Source: Octopus sinensis
Lineage: Eukaryota
NCBI RefSeq assembly: GCF_006345805.1
Contig: NC_043008.1
Span: 72,416,001 to 72,480,000, forward strand
Direction: 5' to 3'
DNA: 64,000 nucleotides
Within the stretch, counting starts at the first letter, position 1. The number at the start of each line of letters is the position of its first letter. Positions 38,575 through 49,969 of this stretch are shown piece after piece. The notes beneath the pieces are model-generated. The model worked only from the letters and a program-made list of their open reading frames with translations. It did not search any database and was not told the DNA's origin. The position numbers and the translations under genes were made by a program.

Positions 38575-39575
38575 TTTACTTTCTTTTTTTTGTGTGTGTG
38601 TGTTTCTCCTTCCTAACAATCTGCCATTTTGTATTCCTGTTGTATGTGTCTTTATTTCCGCATTTGTATATCCCTGTGTGTCTATGCTTAGTGAGTGTGT
38701 GTGTATATATATATATAAATGGAACAAAAACGCAATAGAGGGTATTAAAATGTTCGGACAGATAGACGATACATAGGCGGACAAGAGAAACAACAATTAG
38801 AAGGACTGGCAAAAAAAAGATGGGTCATTCTTGGCTTTCTTTCAACGTTCAGTTGAGAGAAGTAGTCAAGTAATGGACACTACCTCTGTTAAGAAACATC
38901 ACCAGTTGCAGCAATGTTAGATTGTTACAACATTTTGCAAGTTCTCTGTAATAACTTGTTGGTAAGAGAAAGAAGTGAGAGTTCGGTGTGTAAGTCGCAT
39001 TGGATATGAAGTAATACGCCACAACATTGAAAAGAAGTTACGAAGGCAAGTGACTGTTTGGAACATAAGTACGCAAGTATAAAAGGCAGACAAGTAAGCA
39101 GGGGTCAGTCAATATGAAGCCGGGTGACGAAGTACATTCTGTAAGACGTGTTGTCCACAACACCTTCTCAGGGTAAGTTGGTTTGCTGGGGCTGGTCTGT
39201 GGTTTCCCTACTGCTAACGTTGTTGTTGGGGCTGCATTGGTAACGAGAGATGAAGCTACGTTCTTCAAAATTATTTGAACTATACAGATACAGATAAATT
39301 TATCATAGATTTTCTCATAGACATTGTTGTACATAAATATCACACATTATGCGAACTCGACTGGTTGTTTTATTAAGACTAAGAGAAAGGGTACACACCA
39401 TCTGATGAATGACTAATAAGTCGTGGAACACGTAAACACAATTCCAACCATTTCCTTTGGACGAAGTGAATAATAAAAGGTGTTTGTTTCAGTTTATGTT
39501 TTCACAGCAAGATTATTCGCTCTGTAGCTGTAATTAAATTAAATTTATCTCAGATACCATGGGAACAGCAGTAGA

Positions 39576-39727
39576 CTCTACATTATTTACATTTGACGGA
39601 TGTTTGTCCTCATCTTGTTTGTTGTTAACACAACGTTTCGGCTGATATACCCTCCAGCCTTCATCAGGTGTCTTGGGGAAATTTCAAACTTGGGTCCTCA
39701 TTCCTAAGGTATTTTTCGATGTTGTTA

Positions 39728-39773
<46 letters not shown>

Positions 39774-39926
39774 TCACTGCCTGGAATCGAACTCGGAATC
39801 TTGAGGTTAGAGTCCGCGCCCTTAACCACATCGTGTTAGCAACAAACAAGATGAGGACAAATATCCGTCAAATGTAAATAATGTAAATAATGTACATAAT
39901 TCCTCATCTCTTAAATATAGAACTGT
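39576..39926 (-). mobile_element. tRNA-head/(AAT)n/hammerhead composite with inverted segment and 9-bp flanking direct repeat
   Basis: Minus-strand unit at 39576-39829 and a plus-strand copy of its 3' part at 39833-39926. AGCAGTAGA lies at 39567-39575 and 39927-39935. Confidence 0.85.
39627..39672 (-). ncRNA. Minimal type I hammerhead ribozyme (core intact)
   Basis: Sense strand: GACAC CTGATGA A GGCTG GAGGGTATAT CAGCC GAAA CGTT GTGTT. All core nucleotides are present, plus one extra A after A9. Predicted cleavage between 39632 and 39631. Confidence 0.88.
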
Positions 39927-39972
39927 AGCAGTAGATGTTGTTTCTCATGTCCCTGTGCATGTCTTTCATATA

Positions 39973-40840
39973 CGAGGTCTGATCAATAAGTATCCGGACT
40001 GTTGCCATAGTAATGAAGCTAAAGCTTGCAGAGTAAAGCCGCTTGGCACAGATTGACCTTGACCTCTGCTGTGCATGTGCGCTAAGTTTTAAGGTCCTGC
40101 TGTTTACAACAATGTTTCGAAGTAAAGTGTGTAGCGTGTGATCGTCGCATTGACCATGACACAAAAAGCTGTCGTGGCAATACCTACTCAGAGACCCACA
40201 CAAAGTTGAAGAAAGTGTATGGAGAGAAATGTATGAACCACACACACGCGTATAAGTGGTTCAGACATTTCCAAGATGGCAGAAAACATGTCAATATTGA
40301 CGAACGTTCTGGGAGACCTGCAACCAACAGAACTGAGAAAAGCATTGCAGATGTGAAAGGAAATCGGCAAATCACCACCATCCATGAGTTATAAGAGGAT
40401 GTGTAGATTAGTTGCCGTTCAGTTCAGCCTATTACCCCAGATTTGGGTATGAGACACGTGTCTGCCAAGTTTGTGCCACAACTGCTTTCAGCTGACCAAA
40501 TTGACACTGGCGTTTCAGTTACACAAAGTCTCCTTGATTTTGTCGAGAACGATGAAAACTTTTTTAAAACTTTGCATGGGCCTCTGACCAGGTATTACCA
40601 AGCTCTTGGCAAAATTTGATGTTGATTTTCTGCTGAACTTTTCTGTCATAGTCAGTGCGACGAACACTCATTACACACATTACTTCCAAGCACTGCTGTA
40701 AACAGTAGACGAGCGGCAGAACACTAAATCTTAGTGCACATGCACAGCAGAGTTCAAGGTCAATCTGTGCCAAGCGCTTTCACTGCGTGCTTTAGCTTCG
40801 TTACTAGGGCACAGTCCGGATACTTATTGCGCAGACCACG
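39973..40840. mobile_element. mariner derivative built from two facing left (5') ends
   Basis: The TIR CGAGGTCTGATCAATAAGTATCCGGACTG is at both ends. Both arms carry the transposase start: plus strand ...KVYGEKCMNHTHAYKWFRHFQDGRKHVNIDERSGRP, minus strand MTEKVQQKINIKFCQELG. Confidence 0.8.
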
Positions 40841-41559
40841 AATGTGTGCGTATGCGGGTGTTTTTCTATCTTTTAGGTATGTACGAGTATCTGTATATGG
40901 ATGTGTGTACGTCTATTTTATGGCATGTACATGTCTGCTTGCGTCTGTGTGCGTACACATCGACTACAATAGAAGTCCGAAAATTCAAATTCCTCGGGAT
41001 TGAGTAGATCCAGATTTCCTGAGTTTTGGGGTTTACCCGGGTAATACTTTTAAAATTCTAATTTAAGGGAGAGCAAAGAATAGATAAACAACAATATTTT
41101 CGTAGTTTATTTGTCATTAAATACAGAACCAGTCGTTTAGCGGGACGTTTTAAATTAAATCAACACTTGACAAAAAATGTAAATTTTTCACGATAAAAAA
41201 AAACTTAATCAAATTAGGGGAAATTAAGGAGAAAAAAGAAGCAGAAAACAAATAGGAGCAAAAGTTATTTAAAAAAACCCTGATTATTTATTTTTAGTTC
41301 ATTCATGAAATATTTTTATATAAAATACAAATACAGAGCAACAAATAAAAATTTATTCGCTCATTTCTCCTGCTTCTGTATCGTCTGCTGCACTGCTTAT
41401 AGATGGAAAGACGTTGTAGTTTCGACTACATCAGCTGCACTGCATCTAGATGGTACTTGCAGTTTCTACTGCAGCGCTTCTTGACACTTTATTGCCTTCT
41501 TGAAATACTTTCGTTTATCACCTTGTTTGCAATTTTGTTATTGTCTTTACGATAGCCTT

Positions 41560-42800
41560 ATTCTGCACAAAGCAGGCATGCATGACGTCACGATGGCTGA
41601 AGATTTGCTTCTGTTCCACAAATTTAATCACCATTTCAATACACTTTTCTGCAAGATTCCAGAGGATATCATTTCTTGATCTCTGTCGTCTTCTTCGCCA
41701 TCTTCTTCTGAATAATTCTCTTTTAACTATCAGTAAATGGTTTTTTGATCATTAGAAGTGGATACGACTTCAATGTTATCTTTCGTGCGTATCTACTCTT
41801 CTATGTTAGTAACATTAAGTTTGTATGAAAGATTATCTTTCAAAGATACTTTAACAGTTTCCATGAGTTCTTGCACTTCAGTTGCCCTCTGATTTATGTG
41901 AAATCCTACAAAACTTTTGTCTTGATCACACTCTAGATCTGCAAACATCACGTTCAGCCATAACTTTCGCCACGCTCTTAAAAATGGTTCATGCTTGACT
42001 AGGTTCTATGCAGCCACGAATGAAAATATTGGATCTTTAATCATAAAATTGTATTGAAATTCTGTAGAGTTGACATTTTTATTCGCCGTCTTCGTCATAA
42101 AATCATTTTATAGTGACATTTAAAGTTCGAAATAATTCTTTGATCCACATATTGAACCAATGGTGCTACGTTTGACAAGTTACCCTCACAAATATTCCTG
42201 TTATCAGATACGAAATTTAATTCATGCTAGTGGGCCCTTCAGGTGTTGAGAATTAACAAGTACATTATATTTTCTGGTTTCTTCATTTTCTTTAAGCCCT
42301 GACGAACAAATAGGCATACTAATGGACAAACCAATCACGAAATACATCTTTACCCATCCAAAAATCTAGGGTTCATAGATCACAGGGAAAGGACTGTTAG
42401 AAGTCTTTGAGTATTTACCTTTTCCGGTCACTAAATGTTTCATTTTATGCTGATTGAAGCATTAGCATGTGCGAAAACGGTTAATCTTCCTTATTAAGCC
42501 TGAATCTTATTGTATTTTGTTCTTAATTTCTGGCTTAAAATGTTGTTGGCTAACACTTCAGATAAATCATTGCTTCATCAATCGTCGCTGAGATTACAAT
42601 CAAAATTTTTCCAAATGTTGCTCTATATTTTGACGTTGCTTGTCTGACAGTCAGCTGTCCTTCTCCAATATCTAATAACATGACGAGTCTTGATATGTTT
42701 TAGATATCCCTCTCTAAAAGTGAATTTTACTTCAATGTCGATTTTCTGAATTGCCGACTTTATTTAGAGCAAGTTTACTCACACCACATTTTAGTTCCTT
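41560..42800 (-). mobile_element. Tigger/pogo (Jerky-like) transposase relic
   Basis: Decayed minus frames give fragments such as DEA, NKED.LTVFAHANA, and IKDPIFSFVAA*NLVK...LRAWRKLWLNVMF...FVGF. Confidence 0.55.
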
Positions 42801-42869
42801 AAATATTTGCCAGTCAGATTTTTTTATTCACAGCAGCAAAGTTTATCTGTTTCATTTTTTTATGCTCCC

Positions 42870-43165
42870 TTTTCAAACATAGCCAGGCTCATCGGCCCGT
42901 TTTCCCGGTTTCTGTGGCGTATGTGTTCCCCCCAGCTGGGCGGGACGCCAGTCCATCGCAGCGTTACTCAAGAAACAGGAAGAGAGAGTGAGAGAAAGTT
43001 GGGGCGAAAGCGTACAACAGGGGTCGCCACTACCCCCTGCCGGAGCTTCGTGGAGCTTTAGATGTTTTCGCTCAATAAACACACACAACGCCCGGTCTGG
43101 GAATCGAAACCGCGACCCTCCGACCGCAAGTCCGCTGCCCTAACGACTGGGTCATTGCGCCTCCT
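42870..43165 (-). mobile_element. tRNA-derived SINE (head 1 + tail Y)
   Basis: Same head as 37572, joined at TTGAGTAA to GCGATGGACTGGCGTCCC...GAGCCTGGCT. Confidence 0.88.
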
Positions 43166-43954
43166 ATGAATCATTACTATGGGTTAATAAATACGTATGC
43201 TATAAGTGGAAAGAGCAAAACACAAATTACACACATTGTCCCAGTTTAATTGCTCATTTAACAATGCCAATCGCGTAGTTATTTGATGAAATACAGCTGA
43301 GGTGTTATGCATGCTCAGGCACATACACAAAATCCTACTAAATTTTGATCAAAGGTTTCCGAAATCAAGGACAACAACTGTAAATATTTTAAGTTAAAAG
43401 GGAATCTGCTGTCATTTAAATCCTTGTATTTATCCCTTTATTTTCATGCAAAAATGTAAATTAAGTATTTGTTGCGTGTCAAAACAGACGTGTCAATGTT
43501 ACACACGTTTTCATCGATCATCTTCGTACCTTCTCTGAAAGACCCAATATCACTTTTAAGAATCTGCTTTTAAGATAGCGTGTCAACACTACTTGACTTT
43601 TTCTTTTAATATTTTAACTCCCTTATTAACTGAAATCTCTAACCCTTACTGATATATGATATTTAAAAGAACTTTAATATTTCCCCCTTATATTTGCCTT
43701 TCTTTTTCTAATCAAACTTTTAACATTTTCCCTAACACTTTTCTGTTAGTTTTTCTATGACTTTGTTTTTGTTCATCAAATTCGCAACGATATTTGTATG
43801 TGCGTGTGTATGTGTGTAGACATGTGTGTGAGCGCGTGTGTGTTTATGTATACCTATATCTATGTATATATGTATTGCACGTACTTTTATATTTTTTATA
43901 CCATACATACACGCACGTACACACACAATATTGTGTGTACGACTATCTATCTAA

Positions 43955-44030
<76 letters not shown>

Positions 44031-44457
44031 TTATGCACACAGTAAAAAAAATCAAGGTTATATATATATAGTGACATGAAGAGTTATTGAAATTTTAGAG
44101 TTGTAAGAAATACATATTCATAAAGAGAGGATTATTTAAATTTTAAATCAATGATAAATGTGTATTTATATACAAAATTATTTAGGTTTCAGCACAAAGA
44201 TAAATTTGAATTCTTATACACAATTATTCATATTTCAGCTCAAAACTAAATATATATTCATGAATAGAATTACGTAATATAATGTTAAGAAGAAGATGGA
44301 AATGGTTTTATTCAATATCATTCCTAAGCATAATTGTTTTTTGTAAGATAGCTTCAATAGCATTAACACAGTGAGTACCATACACATACACACATATATA
44401 CATAGACAGACAGACAGACATGTGTGTGTATGGTATTTATTAATAGTTTGATTCAGC

Positions 44458-44515
44458 TCCATGCAGCTTCAAATTTCATAGGCTAGTCAAACGAACCTAG
44501 CTCTTCAGGCACGGA
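44458..44515 (-). ncRNA. Decayed hammerhead motif in a solo pLTR-like repeat (about 44430-44690)
   Basis: Sense strand: TCCGTGC CTGAAGA G CTAGG...CCTAT GAAA TTTGAAGCT GCATGGA. Stem I has 7 bp with one G-U pair. AATAAA follows, then (CA)n. Confidence 0.5.
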
Positions 44516-44934
44516 AAGCGATTTAAAGGGAGAGCAAGATTGGTTCTGGGTACTGAGTCTATCAACGCAGGTCACATGGTGTTGTTAATTAGATAGCGAT
44601 ATTAGAAACCATTCAGAATTCCTGAGCCCGGGTGATTGGACAGGATGTTACAAGCGATACATTGTCTAGGGAGACGGGATCAGTTTACTGGAGTGTGCGC
44701 GTGTATTTCTGATATATGAATGTGTTAATCTGGTACGTGTGCGAGCATATCTGCTGTGCGTGCGTCTGCAAATGTGCATCTGCAACACGTGCGTGAGCGT
44801 GTGAGTGAGCTGTGCAAGTGAATTTGTGTGTTCATATGAGCGTTTGTGTTTTAGCAAAATACGTTCCCTGGTGTATATATGTGTGTATGTACCTGATGTG
44901 TGAGTGTGTCGGTATAGTGTGTATAGTTTTACCC

Positions 44935-46050
44935 ACTTCGACATTGTGGATTTCTACCCTTCGATATTGAAATCCTCCTCCCGAAGGCTTTAGATTTTGG
45001 CAGGCAATTCAACAGTATCAGCGAGCTCGATGTCAGAATCATTGTGAACTCCAGTATGTTAATCTTGGTTTATGATGATTGTTACTCGGTGAAGAAATAA
45101 GGCAGTGCACTGTTCGACGATTGTATGGAAAACTATGACAGAGGCGAGATGGCTGATATTGGTTTATTTATATTGGGCGCAAGTTAGGAAGAGGAGTACC
45201 ATGGTTCGGTCCTGTATAAAGATGATGACCTGGTAATATTAAACCATACGCAGGGCCATACCATGAACAAGTTCGAGAAGGATCAAATAAATAATTCGGC
45301 GTCTATTTAACAGTTACCAACAATTTGACAAAAGTCGAGTTCCTTGGCTACTTATAAAGGGAGCCCAACGACAAAAATGTAAATATTCACAGAAAATCTA
45401 ACTACCCACTAACAGTAATTAGAAATCTAGTCACAGGATTCAGTAGAAGAATCTCTAAATTTTTAATGGATAAAAATCTTCAAGAGTGAACCATCAGCGA
45501 TGAGTGAATGAATGGATTCACTAAGAAGTTAGCATATATGGAGAAGCCCCAGGGGGGACCTGAAGGCGAAAGATAATCTTCATTTAACCTAGAAATGTTT
45601 TCATTAACAATGCTAGTAGCTTCCCCTCGTCGATCAAGAAGCAGTTCCCTACAGGCTATGAGTACTATGAGCTCTTCGACTCCCACACCGTTATAGTTGG
45701 TTACAACACATTCATTCTAATAAGGCGCTCTACAATAGATGCAAAGCTACATGTACACAGACCTCCAAACTACACCCAACCTCTAGCTTTGAAAATCTTA
45801 CTAGCTACCTTCTGGGAGGAACCTACATCTCAAAGGCTGTGATCTGTAGAGCCAACCTCAAAGCATGCGGTGGAATCACAAGTCATTACAGGAGTATGAC
45901 AGCCAAAGATTTCAAGGGAAGGTATAGTCAGCTTATGTACTCCTTAATAGATAGGGCGAGAGAGAGAGAGATTTTGGCCCAGCCTTCAGTATTTAGGCGT
46001 CTATTGCTGATGATGCTAAAATACGCTGGAATCGTGTGATACAATAGTCC
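44935..46050 (+). mobile_element. Decayed Penelope-like element (Naiad-like RT and GIY-YIG) ending in a hammerhead
   Basis: Translates to FDIVDFYPSI, GSVLYKDDDL, NIHRKSNYPLTVI and GGTYISKAVICRA...YRSMTAKDFKGRY. An HHR lies at 46001-46047. Confidence 0.7.
46001..46047 (+). ncRNA. Type I hammerhead motif, decayed
   Basis: CTATTG CTGATGA T GC TAAAATAC GC T GGAA TC GTGT GA TA CAATAG. Stem I has 6 bp and stem III 3 bp. GAAA reads GGAA. Confidence 0.65.
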
Positions 46051-46404
46051 TAACACTGGTGCCGGCGAAATTTTATCTCTCAATACAATCTGTACTTTTT
46101 AATACTACTCGTTTGTCTGGCATCCAATAGGACGATTACTGTAATTTATGGTGTTTTTGCATGAGCAATTTATGCACAAAAGTTTTTAAACCATAGACCA
46201 TAAAGATAAGCATTTTCTCGAAATAATACAGGAAATTTTCAAACAGTGAATATTTCAAAACAAGAATATGCTCGGTTCAGCATTTGGTGATAGGGAATGC
46301 ATTAAAAATTGAAGCCTTTCCGTTATAATGTATTATAGAACAAGTTTGTATTGAATCCTGGGACTTATTGGTCCGGTAAATCAACAGATATGTATTTATG
46401 AGTA

Positions 46405-46473
<69 letters not shown>

Positions 46474-46999
46474 GGTTGGAGATGTTAGAAGGTTTGGAGA
46501 TGATGTACAGGTATTTTATATTAGAAGAAATGAGGTACTCAGAAATTCGGATGGTTTTTATATTTACAGATATTTATTTGTATATTACATGTTTTTATAC
46601 ATCATATATCATATATCATATAATAGCGCTTTCGTCCATTCTAGTGGAGTTTTCAAATTGAACTAAGTTCTTGGGAAAAATTTGACCATTTTTATAGTGT
46701 TATTGAGTGTGTAGTGGTGGGAAGAGATATAAGATAGTACAAGAGGGTGATGAATGGGGAGAAAGTGAGAGAGAGCATGGGTGTAAGTGTGTGTGTGTGT
46801 GTCTGTCTGTCTGTGTGTGTGTGTGTTTTTTTTGTATCTGAAGGTAGTATTAAAGAAAAAGAAGGAAAGGAAGAAAAGGGAGAGAAAGACGAAAAAATTG
46901 TTTTGTTGATGTATTTGTAGCTGGTCAGGATGTTTACTCCAAGGGGGGCAAAATGTCACTTTTCAAAAAGTTGTCTGGATTTCTTTTTTATCATTGTCT

Positions 47000-47041
<42 letters not shown>

Positions 47042-47194
47042 TGTGTTTGTATTTGAAAGAGGTATTAAAGAAAAAGAAGGAAAGGAGGAAGTAGGGGAGT
47101 AATTTTGTTGATATCTTTGCAGTTGGTAGGTTTATCAATATAATTCTTGGCTTACAGTGATTGTAAATCCAGCTGTTTTCTCCAAGGGGGGCAA

Positions 47195-47233
<39 letters not shown>

Positions 47234-47334
47234 TATGTATATACATGTATATATATATGTATATGTATGTATATATATGTATATATATATATGTATATAC
47301 ATATATAGGTATGAATATATATATATATATATAT

Positions 47335-47381
<47 letters not shown>

Positions 47382-47389
47382 CATACACA

Positions 47390-49850
47390 TACATTATGGC
47401 TGCCCCCTCGTTATCGAGTATGGCCAGTGCACGAAGCTTAATTGTTACTGGTGCTGTGATCGAATGTGACTTTTTAGCCCAGCTAAAGTTCATACACATA
47501 CATACGTACATACATACATACACATACATACATACATACATACATACATACATACATACATACATACATGCATACATATATACTTATAGCATAGGACGTG
47601 AAAATTTTCAGCATTAAACTGCATGCCATTCTTCTTAGCCCACTTGTATATTACATCTAACTTAGGTTGCAGGTGCATAGCATATTCAGGGTTCTGTGTT
47701 ACCTGTGAGAAGTTTGTACTATCTGCATAACTTGCGATCGTGGCTTTCTGTGTGGCTGAGGACATATCTGAGAGGACCATTATGAGCAGTAGTGGTCCCA
47801 GAACAGTGCCTTGCGGAACATCACTATTTGCGTGTCATTGGAGGTGGCCCCATTGACTATCACTGCTTGACTTCTATCCTTCAAAAAGTCATGCTGCCAT
47901 TCTCCCAATTCCCCGACTATGCCGAGATCACGCAGTTGGTGACATATCATTCCATTGTCGACTTTATCGAACGCCTTTGCAAAGTCAATTGGGTGTCAGT
48001 CAGCAAGTCATTTTCCTCAAGGAATGTGATTAGTTTCCTTCTGATTACTCGTTCCATGACTTTGCTGATGTGCGACGTCAGAGAGATAGGTCTGTAGCTT
48101 TTGGTCTCTGCTCTACTACCTCCTTTATGGATGGGACACATTTTCCCTTCCTTTAGCTTGCTTAGAAGTTTGCCATTTGCAAGGAAGCTTTGACAGGGAG
48201 ACTGCAGTGGTTTTGCTAAGACTTGCTTATATAAATTTAGAAGGATTGCTGTGAATCTATTGGTGCTAGTAGCTGAGTCCAGGTTCATCTCATCTATAGC
48301 TCTTATTACATCGTCATATTTTATATTGATGTAATCGATCATCACTGCCTCTGTTTTTATATCTGCAGAGGCGAAAAAGTCAGCTGGATTTCTGACTTGC
48401 AAGTGTCCTAGGGATGGAGTGAAAATACTTTTGAATTGCTCATTTAGTATTTCATTTATCCTCATTGGGTTTCCTGTGAGTGAACCATCTTTTTCGAGGA
48501 GTGGCCCTACCCAGCAGTGCACTGAGGCTATTTCTTTGGCAAACTTGTCGATGGCTCTGGGATTAGATTTTATATTGTCTAAAGCCCAGGTTTCTTTGCT
48601 TTCTCTTTCTTTTTCATGAGAGAGTTGCAGATTTCCTTCAATCTCTAGCAGTTGTATTTGCAGACGGGAGTTTTCACTGCTTTCAGTTTGTTTAAGGTGG
48701 TCTGAAATTTTTGGACGCCATTTCATAAGAACTTTCCTCTCCCTAGGGTTTTGCTCTTGAGTTCAGTGGCCTTTCTCTCCGAGACACACTTGTAGTATAT
48801 GGCTTGCATTACAGACATGAATTGTTGAAGTTTCATGTCGATGTCCGGTGAAGAGAGACATTTCGGCCAGTTTCGTTTGAGGATCACTTTCTCAATTTGT
48901 TTCCAGTTTGCCTTATGGAAGTTCAAACTGGAAAGATTTTGAGTTTCTTGTAGGCTACATGCACATTGTTTTCTTTGGTCTGTATATGGTCAGCTCTACC
49001 ATTTTGTGACCCGAGAGTAGCGTCGGTGTCACTTTCACATTATGGATGAGATTGTAAGGACCGTGCGATGCGAGGTGACGAGAATGGCTCTTTAGTACAT
49101 CACACGGTCGAGACAATAACTATAAATTGAATAGTACATATAGGTGCCAGAGAGAAAATGGAAACAATAGCGTAGAATGATTAAGAGAACATTTATCGAC
49201 TTGTCAACATGTATGTCAGTGTGTGCATCATGTATACAGAATAACAGACAGGTCGTCATGAGAACAAAAGTGTGTGTGTGTAAGCATAGTTGTATACGGG
49301 AGTTAAGGACATATAAGAATGGCAATGGAGAAGAAGACAGTGAAAGAGACTACTGTCATCGAAATGAGAAGTTTGTAGACACAAGTAAAATAGATAATAC
49401 CAGTTCATAGTCATTGGTACACGGTATTTGAAATACTGTACCAAGAAGTCGCGGTCATGTTGCTGGGCCAGTTACTGGTACAGGTTGCACGTGAAGTCGT
49501 GGCTGTGATGCTTCTGCCTGGGTCACTTGATACAAGAGTTCTTGCAGGTTGTATATTCGCTGTTGATCCATGGTGAAGTAACTCAGGAACAGTGAAGTGT
49601 TAGAACCTGAGCGAGATGATGTCGACGACGTTGAGAACATGATGGTGGCGGCGAAGACAGAGGTTGTCGTAATGCTATAAGTTGGTGGTAACTCTCAACG
49701 TGGCTGCTCTGGTGGTGGTGGTGGTGGTGTCGTCTGGCGTTGTCGCTGGAACTGGCTGTGTCTTTGTGGTCAGTGGCTAGACATTAAAAGGTCTGGAACA
49801 AAAAGACCTCGACACGAGAAGGTGAATTTTTATAACGAGCAGCAGTCTCA
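47390..49850 (-). mobile_element. CR1-clade LINE, long decayed copy
   Basis: ORF pieces NFHKANW, NIKSNPR, PIHKGGSRAETKSYRPISLTSHISKVMERVI, DFAKAFDKV and SYADSTN...WAKKNGMQFNAENF. The RT is broken by (CATA)n at about 47490-47590. A probable 3' end lies at 47390-47490. Confidence 0.85.
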
Positions 49851-49969
49851 AACGGAGCTGTGAACAGTGTGTCCCACATAATTTTATTTAGCGGCTCCGA
49901 TTGGTTATACGCGGCAAATTGGCGCGACAGAGTAAGAGATAAATTGTGCCAATATCAACCAATTAGAGT

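Noticed and set aside
39405-39450. Possible hammerhead CTGATGA ATGAC-TAATAA-GTCGT GGAA CACGTA
   Set aside because: Core and stem II are plausible, but GAAA is mutated and no stem I partner is visible. Not counted.
39430-46035. GAAA-to-GGAA changes in two hammerheads as ADAR footprints
   Set aside because: Two events are indistinguishable from ordinary transition mutation.
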